DNA of 64,000 nucleotides, taken from positions 392,260 through 456,259 of the forward strand of contig NMRA01000017.1 in NCBI GenBank assembly GCA_002633005.1. Direction: 5' to 3'. The notes under the pieces were generated by a model that saw only the letters and a program-made list of their open reading frames with translations, had not been told where the DNA came from and searched no databases. This stretch comes from Phoronis australis. Lineage: Eukaryota > Animalia > Phoronida. The position numbers were made by a program, and so were the translations under genes. Below are positions 1-12,300 of the stretch, piece by piece (position 1 is the stretch's first letter; each line of letters begins with the position of its first letter).

Positions 1-319
1 GTTTATTGAAGCATATTTGATAATCACATATCCTGCATCAAATGCTGGCACATTAGGACTGTGCACACATGTTTTTGATGTTTTGTTGTGAAAGATACAG
101 TACAGTCTCCAAGAGGATGTCTATCGTATAATGGTGTGAAATAATATGGATGTATTGGGCCATCATCTGGTGTCTCAGGACGTGTACATTTGATGAGTTC
201 ATGTATATGGATAACTGTAACGAATTGTCAGAGTAGCGTGACATCATGGTGAAAACTGTGAATACCACTTGATATTGTTGATTGTTCCGTGAGACCATCT
301 AATCCATTACCTTGCCACT

Positions 320-359
320 ATGGGGAGTAACTTGGATAAACTTTCTCGTGAAATCATGT
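320..359 (+). CDS. KCNIP: KChIP candidate first coding exon 1a ([13 protein letters not shown])
   Basis: Kozak-like gccactATGG; donor T|GTAAGT in phase 1, matching the acceptor at 11097; resembles the NCS N-terminus MGxxxSKLxxE. Confidence 0.6.
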
Positions 360-3300
360 GTAAGTATTGTTTGCTCGATATTTCTTGTCATGGCCTCACA
401 AACTTAGACAGATGGTGAATTTTGTAATGTTAAATATCCCGTCAATTTTTCTGTCGGAAAATATCCATCATGCTGTTTTGTTACGAAGAAGTTGAGATAC
501 AGACGATTAGTACTTGTCAACACGTTCAGGGACGATTGAATGGTGATCTCACAAACCAAGACATAGACATTACACTGAGTATGACTGTTTAAGAACAATA
601 TTGTTGACTAGTTGAACGACTGTAATGCATTGATAATGGCCACTAACTGGGATCGACATTTTGAGAACCAGTTTTTACGATGAATAATAGGCATCAAACT
701 GGTTCTATAAGTCTGGGACCCCTGTAAATGCTTGCTGAGGTGTTTACCCGAATGGTGGATTCAGGTAACCAACCCCCTAAAATAGCTTCATATACCTCAG
801 ACTTACATGCAAGAGTCAACCAGAACATACAAGGCCAGTATGAGTGTTGTATCTCCTGGATACTGAAGGATGTCAATAGAATTTGCTTCCTCAAAATTGG
901 ATAACTTTTTACATCTTAGGAGCTAAGACTCACAATAGACGAGCTTTCAGCAAGACATGATGGTCCTTTCAAGGAAGTCTTGATGATATATTTTGTGGTA
1001 GGTTTTAGTCGTGGCCGTTGAAAGATGACCGTTAAGCTGAACATTAGTGTACGCATATCTTTTGGTGGAATCAGTAATATTATTGAATTCATGTTGATAC
1101 ATTGCAGCAATGGTAAAATAACAAATCATTATGTATAAACATAAAATAATTTGCATAACTTTAAAGTTTATCTATTGAGGTATTTTGAGTGACGTCAATT
1201 GGATGTCTGCAGTCTAATTAATATTACGTCATCCTTTTGTGTACAGCTTGCAATGTGCTCTAGTCTACATGTACTTCATGTGTTTCATGGTTACTGTGCA
1301 GGTTTTCATCACTTATTCATTGTGGTTGATGCTAACCTCCACTTAGATTGCTTGACAGCTATTAGTCCCTGGCATGATAATAGCTTCAGCCAGTAGCCTG
1401 CACTCATTCTGTGAACTCTACATCTGACATCATTTTTTTCTTTTCTAGGATATCAGTTTCAATATTGATTTGTTTCTTGAATCTTTATGCTGTATGCACA
1501 TGTTGCCATTTGGTTGTTAGTTTGTGTTTTTGTCAACAGAGGGGATGTACCTGCATATGTGTTAAAATATCCAGGATCGGGGCCAACTGTGTGGCTATCA
1601 ACCTTCCCCAGGGATTTTTTCTGCTGTGCTTTATTCATGCGGTGGCTGTCGTGGAAACTGATTTAAGATTGATTTTTTTTTCATTAAATCTGCTGTTGTC
1701 ATGATGAATTTTTCAATTAAAGCACAAAAAATGAATAATATGGCCGTGGCTAACTTACAATCATCCCAGATACAAGGCTTCGAATTTTCCGCGGAAACGT
1801 GGATTTCCGCTTTTTTCTGTTATTCCCTCCGCGTATTTTCGTTTTACTTCCGCGGAAAAAAATCGGATTTGCTATAAAGTTATCGCGGCAAATTGGTTTC
1901 TCACCGCGGCGTTGCTGACGGCTCTAAAAGCGGGAAGAGCTCTTTATGTTTCGGAGGAACAAAAATTGTAATTGCGGATCACAGGCGCTCGAATTTCCCG
2001 TTGACTCGTAACCATATACATGCTTTCTTAGTAGTGAGTGATGTCAAAGGCAATCGAGGAACAGATAAATTCAAGCGCCTGTGCCTGGGATAGCGTGGTT
2101 CATCAATGGCGTCTGCATTTGGTATAAAATCGCGGTGACAAGCAGTGCAATTCTGCGGTCAAAAATGCGTGGAGCGTGGAGCAGACAGAATATTTCGTTG
2201 AAAAGTGGATAAAAGAAACTTTCAATGTCTTCACAAACAACATAAGTCAAGGTTTGTGCTCTGTAAACTTTGAGAGAGGAACAATTATGGAGTGCGTGGG
2301 CGAGTCGCCTCGGACTAAGTTTGAGTCGGAGGACCGACTGAAAACGATGAAACACTGGAAATAACAGCGCTTCCTGAAAGGAAATTCAACCGTAACCGGT
2401 TATTCGTTGGATTGAAATTGTGGGATGTGAGTGATGTATGAAATTATTTTGTTTGATCCCACGCCCGTTGTCGTTCACTGCTAAGCCCTAGCTTGAGTGC
2501 GATTTTCTACGTGCCGCCGAAACGGGATACAAAGTGCTATTTTCGTTACTGCAAATGCGTTTTGAATTGCCTTTTATGTATTTCAATTTATTTTGACATT
2601 TTTCGTGTTCTATTTTGTGACTCGAGTTTGCAGTTTTAAAGAAGTGATCACGTGACAGATTCTGAATGATCTGATAGGTTTAAGCCATTGTTTACAAATT
2701 TTGCCAGACTATTTTCAGTGTCCCGATAGTTATTTCTTATGTTAAGTTTCTTCTACACCAGTGTGGCTTATGAACAATTAACTCCCGTAATTACTGTTTC
2801 AAACTGAAAAGTTTGGCCAACTTAGGATTGTGATTGATGCATTCTATAAAGTATGTTGTTTTTTACTTTCATTTTTCCATGCTAACAGTTGGGGTATGAG
2901 CCACAGGTTTTTGTCTTGACCTTTTCCATTTGCGTTGGAATTATAATTTTTGTTGGAATTAAATGTGTATGTATTTCAGGCTTTCTAGATAATCTATGTA
3001 TCGATTTTCAATTTTTTTTGTAATTTTGTATCGTAATTATAAGAATTGAAAATAAGTTTTTTAGGTCTCCCTCAGTGCAGCAAATCAAGAATAAGCTTCT
3101 GCCATTCAGACTGCAAATTTTTCATAATCATTGTTATTATGTTAATTTTAAAAAATATTTTTGTTGCATCTAATTGCCTTCATTGTTGTTGCTGAAATAG
3201 ATGTCGGGTATTGCTTAAGATGAGTGCGTTATGCCAACATGACACAGTAACTTTTGATCTGTTGAGATATGGTTTAGATTGAAATGTGTATTTAGGGCCG

Positions 3301-6300
3301 TAGAAATTTCTTCTTTTTTGTCATGGGTCATTCCAAGCCTTGCAGATACCATTCATTGGTAACTGCCGCTTGTCTCTGCAGTTTGTATGTATAGCCAAAA
3401 GTCTAGAACAACATACAATTAAAGTTTCTAGTCTTTGCCAGTTTCAAACATATACACATATGCATTGAGTTTCAGTCTTCAAATATTTAAATGGTATATT
3501 TTATGTGGAAAATACAGCTATACCTGATAATGCAATTTTGTACAGGATTATTTGTGTTGACCATGATAGCTGAGAGAGAAAAAGATATATATATCATCAG
3601 CAAGTTCTTCTAATGATCGTTTGTTTTAGTTGATCAGTTAGAATATTGTATTGCCTTGACTTAATGTCAGTTTTAATACAGCCATGATGGTTTCATTTTG
3701 TAGGTACCTTCCCAAATATTGCTGAATTTTGTTTTTGCTTGAAGACCTATTTTGTAAAATGCGTGAAATGCAGACCCAGTTGCAATGAATTTGTACAATA
3801 GCCAAAAAATGTTCAAAATTCAGATGTTCAAAATACAATGTTCAAAATAGAAATGTTCATAATACAAATGGTCAAACTACATCAGCTAGCAGTGCCAATT
3901 CACTCAACTCTGGTTTCCAAGAAAACCTCTTGTGGATCCCTGTATTTGACTGTTTACCATAGCACTATAAATCTGTGGATGAATCAAATATCATTAATTT
4001 GATGGCTTATTGATTTTATATCTGTATATCAGCTTGTGGCTAGCTTATATTGTTAGGTAAAGGGTTTTCATGATCATGGCTGAGAAGAGCTTATATAAAA
4101 ACCGTTCATCCACAAACTTGTCTTAAATCCCTATCTCATGTATTTTTTAACAATGGGAACTGTTGTAGCAGTAAATACATTGTCTGGTGTGGTGAAGATG
4201 TTCTTGAGTCCATATTTTGAAATATTGTACCAGTATAATTCAATTAGCACATTCTGGGCTTGGCTATTCAGAAATCCACAGGGGGTAATAAAACAATTTT
4301 CTTCTCAACCAGGACCATAAACCCCTTGTTACACTGTGTTTAATTATACACAGTCAACTGGGACAGATGTATGGCTTAGAGGAAGGTTCACGAAAAACTG
4401 CTTTCAATGACCTTGCCTGGCAATTTTAAAAGCCCTATTTTCTGTGACCGACACCCTTGATTTACAGCTGTGCCCGCAAAATTCTAAGCCACTATTGGGA
4501 CTACTTACCTGCTCCAAGCCCAAAATGCAGCTCTACCCACAACTTTGTACATGTGAATACTTACTGCACTCACCGCCTTAGGGTGCATTGGAGAATTCGA
4601 AAATCGGGGATGGGTATGATTTGTCATGAATGGGCATCATTCCCAAATGCTCAATCGGGTTAACGCACGGGGAGTTACATTAATGCTGGACCTTAATTAC
4701 AGGAGTCTAAGACAACAATGTTGTGAGGAGCTTCATGGAGTCTTGAAAGGGCTTATAACCATCAATTCCTTATAAAAACGCTGGAAACAACCCTACCAGT
4801 TGAAAGCTGTCAAATTAGAACACCCATAAACACTATCTGGCGTTATTTATTTTGCTGATGCCGAGTTAAGACCATTGGTTGATAGTACTACATAGAATTA
4901 AGACAACCAATCACATCATCAGTCGTTGTCCATTGTTTTTAGGGTGAAAAGACATCAAATGTTGCCACTTGTTTCCTCGTGGTTTTATGTTATAGTGAGG
5001 AATGGTGAGGAGTTGGGTTTGTGGTAGTTGTGACAATTCAGTGTTTGAGCACTCTCTGGATTTTTTCACTGTCCCACGGGACATCAGAGAAGTGTGGATA
5101 TGGCACAAGTTTGTACAAGAAACTCGCATGTTGGTGGGCATGACACACTGGTGCTGGATATGTTCATACATTGCAATCATGTCCATGGAACTAAGAAACT
5201 TTTAATTATAATCGCGTTTCTTCTGTTTTTTCATGTTTGGGAAAGTTAAAAAATTCACTGTAATTTGATTTGCAGTGTTTGAATGAAGGGTTAATGATGT
5301 TGAAAATGTAGTCACTTGTCAAAACAAGTTAAATGGTCAGCCTTAAGCACTTTTAAATTTCCTGCTGCAAACATTATGTTCATGAGCCAAGAGAACCATT
5401 TCATGTCTCCTTCAGTAAAGAGCAGGAGAGTAAGGTTACTTTCCTTCCTGTATAAGACAAGGTTCTGTTGAAGCTCACTCGTGGTTACTCAAGTAAGTGA
5501 GTTGGCTTCTTTTTCCAAGGTAAAGTAGTGATGCGACCGACGTTTCCCAAAGAGTCAGGCACCTATAGGAGAGTCTCGGTTCCACTATGGGCTGATGGTA
5601 AGCTGAGCATGGGAGTTCTAGATGAATATGGGAATTTCGGGATAACTGCTTGAAAAGGAAATGTTTTAAATCTTCATAACAGTGAGGGATTTAAGGGGGG
5701 GGGGGGCATGGCCTCCCTAAAATTCTTCCAGATTCGATTTGGCAGTTCGAGGGTGCGAATGTATGACGCGGGCAAAATCCTAACTAATACTCTTCCCTGG
5801 CTTCCCCTAACTCAAAATCACGCATAAGACATACTGCATCATAGGTCGGTGGCTTGAAAGAGTAGGAAAAGTCTGTTGAAACATTCATGTGTACAAGCTT
5901 AGTAGAAACAAACTAGTGTATGTTGACTTTAGGATAAAAAAACTTACCGTTCTTTTGCAGCAAGACAAAATTGCTTATTTCATGGTATGCCAATCCATTA
6001 GGAGCTGGACTAGAATTGAAATGTATATGCTTCAGTTTACTATTTAAACCAATAATAGGTGAAAGATGATAGTGCTAAGAGATTCCAAGAGAGGCAAAGA
6101 AATGATCTTTTCTACTAATGTACTAATTATGTATATGGGTTTTTTTCTAGAAAGTGTTAATCTGTGCAAGTATTTTTGTTTCTGCAGAATTCAGTCTTGC
6201 TATCATTGTCAAAATAGGCAGTTGACAACTTTTGCATTTGAGCTAGGCTATATCCTGGGATATTATAGCAGATAACTTCCTTTGTTGGGGGCCGGTGACT

Positions 6301-9300
6301 GTTTGAGCTAGGTTATAACTTGGGGTATTACAGCAGATAACTTCCTGTGTTGGGGCTGGTTTGAGCTTGGCTTTATCCTGGGATATTTACTGCAGGTAAC
6401 TTCCTGTGGTGGGTGTAGTTGAGCAANCCATAGTTTCATAGTGAACAAATAATGAGTAAGCCTTGTACATTTATGTTGGCTTAGCAACTGATATAATTAA
6501 CTTATGGTGGAACAGTTCTGTATAAAGAGAGTAAACGTGCTGAAATCACAAAAACATATTTTAAAGACCGCATACCATTATGGAATAGCGGTCTCAAAAT
6601 TTTCTGTGGTCGTAATAGGTGGGATTTCTGTTTGTTATTGTTTGAGACCAGGGTCTGCAATTTGACTTGTCGTATTGCGCCATTTTATTCACCTAGAATG
6701 GTCTCGAGGAATAACAAACTGTCGGTTCTTTGGCTAGACCAAAAACCACTACCAATTTGAGTAAAAAACAAGTTGAGATGAATAATGGCAGGTGATTGAA
6801 ATAAAATATTGACAGAATGTGAGAGAGAGTTTATTGCCACTTCAGCTCTAGGGCCCTCGCACACACTGGTATGGTATTCAATATTCTGTTGTTTTTTTTT
6901 TGATTTGCTTAATCCAGCCTAGCAGTACTGTTGAGTAACCAGCGGAAATTGCCTGATTGCAGGAAATCGAAAGTGGGTCTGTGCTATTTGTTTTACTTTT
7001 ACATTGTGATAGTTGTCACAATGTATCTTCTCTTCATCAACAATACTGGCTCAGTGCTTGCAGCGTCTTATTTTATTGATGCACTATAATACATGTTTTA
7101 GTGAGTTGAACTGCGATGGGAGACAAACTTCTTAATCCTGTCGTCTGGTAATACGTCACTTTCGGATTATTGGCGTATCCCCCAAAGCTTTGATTACCGT
7201 TAGGTAAAAAGGACTATTAACTCTCGGAAAAACAATCTCAGTTTTACGTAGTTAATAACATTTTTCTGCTTGGAATGATCCATCATTTGCGTTTCCCTGT
7301 GTTTTTGTAAAGTACGAGGAGATTCATTATCTCGCCAGCTGAGTTGAGGATCACATGACCAGCGGAAGAGATAGTGGGGAGTATTGTACTGTGGAGACCA
7401 GGTCCCTGTTGGTGATAAGGTTACTGGAAAGTAGTTGGCCAACAACACATACACTGCTTTCTTGATCTCTTTGTCAAACGTCTGTCAAGACTGCAGCTTA
7501 ACGAGTGGTCTCCAGTTGGATGGTTATGAATCGAAGTAAAATTTGAATATTTCATCGAGCCTTCGCTGGTCAAAGTTTCCATGGTTTGATTGCGCATCAT
7601 CTATTTGGACTGCAACAGTTTATTATGTCTGTTTATGGCTGACAGTGGGATGGACTGGGAATTTTGTGAGATAACATCAATGGGTGTTAATTGGTTGTTG
7701 TCTTATAGTTTGCCACTTTGCAAACCAAATTTACTATTTTAGTGTACACCCAAGGCTTGTTGAGTTCACGATATACCAGATTCAAATGAGTTGCAAAGAC
7801 GCTTGCTATCTGCAAATGGATCATTTTCACGATGGTCGCTTTTAAAGCGAAAATTGACATCAACCCGCATTCACTGTCTGAAATGAATTGATTATTTTAC
7901 CTAACCTGATAAACAAATGCCTCTTGTCCCTGTGAATGCGGACAGTCCTTTGAAGTACAGTCTTATAAAAGTGCTAGTGGAAACACTCCTGCAGTTTTGG
8001 CATTACTCAAACCACCAGAAAAGTATCGGCTAGTGACTCCTGCATCCATTCACGTTACTGGCATTTGTGCTCCTGGTGAAAGTGCTTGCAAAAAACACTA
8101 AGCAAGTTAAGCGTTTTAGTCAGTTTGTGAACAGACAACTGGCACGCTGTAATTGTGATAAATTTTTTATTACAAGGTTGGTATAAGTGCTTAATTAATT
8201 TTCACCCAGGGATATTAATCCGGCTTGATATTAACTCTGGTATTATCATACGCTTCTGTCAAGGTGTCGGTATTGAGGATGTACTTGACTTCAACCATTT
8301 CATGAAATTCACAGCAAATGAAGAGGAAAGGGAAGTTGACCAAGACTGCTATGATGCTCAGACATTGACGTATTGTCAAGGGCATCACTTTAATTACTAC
8401 CTGATTGTCGGCTACTCCTTGTTGATTGGAAAACATTATCCGCATATGAACAAGGACTGCGCAAGAATTTTACGACACCTCAGTTATCAATATGCTTATG
8501 TGATGGGTTACACTTCAGATCGAGTGGAGTGAATTAAATGTAATTTAAAACTTATGAGTGGTTGTGGCGTCAAACTAGAGGTGATTATAGTGAAGATAGT
8601 GCTGATAGTGGCGTAGAGGGTTTGTGGAAAGGAGGCTATGAAGCTATGAGAGTGTGGGCACGACTGAAGAATCAACTCACAATGGGAATGATATCGGATA
8701 AAATGATGATTCTTCCAGGTTTGTTCACTTTGAATAATAATAATCACAGTTGGAGTTAAGGACTTAGCCTAAAATACAGATTTTTATGCTGTTGGCGTTG
8801 ATCTGACTTTACCATAAATATGTGAATGTAATGCAATATTTTGGAAGAGGTTCACTAACTTGGGTGGGTCTTTTGGAAACTCTATTATTGCCATTTAGTT
8901 AATGAACAGATTAGTTACAAATTTCCATTTAAAGTTGCATTTCCCCTTGGTAGCTTGCTAAAAACGAAAAAATGGAAGAGGTTGCTAAGTTCTCTTATTC
9001 TCATAAAGTCCATCTCATAACATTTCTTCCTATGATAGGATTCTATTTTTGTTACCAACTTGAGCAGTGTATGCATTGCCTAAGACTTGAGTTGGTAACG
9101 GGGGAAAGAATGCTATCACAGGAAGGAATGTTATGAGACAGACTTTATGAGAATAAAAGGACTATCTATTTCGATAGTTGCAAGTGAAAATATGTAACTA
9201 ACCTGTGTATCAACAAAATGGCAGAACACCCACTTGGCAAAACCTATCTAATGAGCTCCTGTAGGATGACTGTCACCAAGCAGGCTCACCTGTAGGAGGG

Positions 9301-12300
9301 GTAGGTAGGGATGGTGGGTCAGTGCAACCAGTGTCACATATAATGCTTTACGTTGCAGGAATCTGTTAAAATCCTACCATGGTAAGGAATACCATGAGAC
9401 GACTATTACAGTGAGTTGATGGCGCAATTCAGGGCAAAATACAGCTCTGCCCGAGAGTGGCCATTCCACGTTAATTATAACTGTTCACACAGTAGTTACC
9501 ACAACTGAGTTAGTTGTAAGCAGTAAGGTGTTTAAAGATGGTAGTAACTCTGGCAGAATAACATGAAGCTGAGTAACTGGGGTTCCTCAAAAGTTGTATC
9601 ACACTGGGAAGGAAGTTGTGGGCAACTCAAGTCACTACTGGTCCCCAGACTTCTTTTTATAGCTTAGGGATCTCCAGAAACTCTGGGCTCTGTGACCAAG
9701 CACTGATAATCACCATCTCCAGCTCCACAACTGACAGCGCTGCTGGGTTCACTCAGGGGTTACTGGAGTTCATGCTGGCTGGAGGCTGTGTGGGTAGTCC
9801 ATTATTGTAGCAGAGATGATTATTAATCTTTGAAAGTATTTGCCTTCCTATTTATGCTCAACGGTAAACATGAGAATCCCCAATTTGTTTATATCCTATC
9901 GATTTGAAGCAGTAAAGTTTGTTAATCTAATCGATTTATGATGTAAAATGTGTCTAAGGACATCAGTGCTCCAAGCACAAATGGCAGTTGTTAAATGTTG
10001 GTCTCTCATTTACAAAACTCTGGTCTATTACCAGTCCTCTGCAGCCTTTCCCACTAACTCCTCTATAGTAGTGACAGAGTTTAGGCTAGTTCTAAGGATT
10101 AAACACTTGATAGCGTTGTTGATACGCACTCTAAGTGCCTCTCAAAACCTCTAGTGGTTACTGACATTGGAGTGGAGGTAACATTCCCCTTCTATGGGAA
10201 TTGTGTAACTCTGCAGGTAATGTCCCAAGTGATGGCTGTTTTAGTTACGCTTTCCCATGGGCGGCGCAGCACCAAAACAGACGGCGGAGCACTGAAATAA
10301 ATGGAGGGCTATAGCCCTCCAGCCCCCTATGGTGCACCGCTCATGCTTCCTGCTGATCAAAACTGCAATACGGGAGTCGTGGCATTGATATGGGAAGGCA
10401 ATGCAGCCTTATACACAGCCCAATGATGTGTTCATAGGGCTTAATTACAAGTTGTCGTTATACTTGTAACTTGTGGGAAAATATATGTTCAGACTAGGCA
10501 AGATGAATAAATGTTCAGACTGCGCAAGATGAATAAATGAGATTGATATAGAATCCCAATAATTTGATTCAAAACGACTTAATTTAGCCTGAAGGAAAAG
10601 ATACAGCATTTTAGTATTTTTGTACTTGTTTGTAAGGTCCAGTGAACTGGACCTTTTTTACCTATGTATCGTTTTGAGGGCATGGTTCTTTCTTGTCTGT
10701 CCTCTAAGGAGAGATTGCAGTAAGCTTTGGTGGTTGCTCTGCTGATCCAATGACTGCTGTTGCTACCTGGTGATGAAGGGAGGTACTTCCTCTTAACGTG
10801 GTCGGATCTGACAGAAATTTTCTTTTGTGCCAAACAAGGGTTAGAGGAATCTTGAGTCAAGATGACTTGCCTCAATTCACAAAAGTCTAATTTACAAAGT
10901 GGTTACTAGGTGCTCGAGACAGATTGTTGGTGTTTCTCTCTTGCTTCTGTTGTTGACAGCTCATTCATTCTCCACTTATTTTACTCAAAACTGATGGCCA
11001 AGATTTTCATTTTTTCCATTTTCAATGTCCATTTACCTTTTGATGGGAGTTGCTTATAATGGACGATGGTTAATGTAAGTTTTTAATTTTTTGCAGACAA
11101 TGACCTCGACGATTTGGAGATGCAGGTCGTTCGGTACAAACCTGAAGGTCTTGGGTCCTTGTGTAAAAACACAAAATTTTCCAGAAAGGAACTACAGATC
11201 ATGTATCGTGGATTCAAACAGGTGAGTTGTGTACAGAAGTTTTGTGAGAGTAACATGTTTACAATTGGATATTTATGATTCAAGCTGTGACCTTGCACAG
11301 CTTGAGTTGTCATCATAGTTCGCAAAATGATGTCACTTCCAGAACCAAGACGACATTCATGGTTTCTTCTGATTGAGTTTGAACTCTCATACAGCGCCAT
11401 CTATGAAACTCATTGTTATTGGATCATGTTTTGAGGTGGAGCCTTTTGTTTTTCTTTTTTGTTTTTACACTAACTTTGCAGTATTAATTACAAATTACAG
11501 AATTGTGATGTAATTATTTCTGCTGGGACTTTAATTACAGTTGTTTGATTGATTTACTGATAGATTTTCTCTTCAAATTTTAAAAAGTTTCTGGTTATCT
11601 CACTTAAATACAAAGCTTCTTTCCCTACCGACACTGCACCATGCAGTTCATCAAGGATTAGATTAAAAATGAGTGCAATTCTTCTGGGCTCCAGGAGTGG
11701 TCAGTATTTCAATAACTGACTAATCAAATGTCCCTGACTGCATTATCAACATTCAGTTCACATTCACTTGAGCTCCATTTATCAGAACGGTATTTTGAAT
11801 GCAGTTGAGAATTACCAGGAAGGTCATATGGTGCAGCAGTTATGAAACCAATGATTTCTACTAAAATTGCAACAACAACATGTTTTGCTGTTGTTTTAGT
11901 CTCAGGTCAAAGCTAATTAGTGTTCATTAAAGCTGCCATATACCCAAGTAGGGTGCGCAACGCCTCAGTTCAACATTGCAACTTACGGCGTTGCTACAAA
12001 GTTGCAGTTTGTTATTGCTTTAAACCATGCCTGACCTGACTGGTCATTTTATGCATCCAGGATCTGTCTCCAGCAATAGCCAATGGTAAATTTTTGGCTA
12101 GCCCTGAAATCACTTTTAATCAGAGTGAAGTTGAGATTAATTTTGTAACGCAATTGCAAGAAATTGAAACCCGGCAGATATTTGGCATTATGAGTAAACA
12201 TGTTTGAAGATATAAAATGGTGGTGTTATAATTCAGGACGGGCCTATTGGAAAATGAATAGATTTTCTCTCAAATTTGTAGAGTGCTTAGTTGTCAAAGT

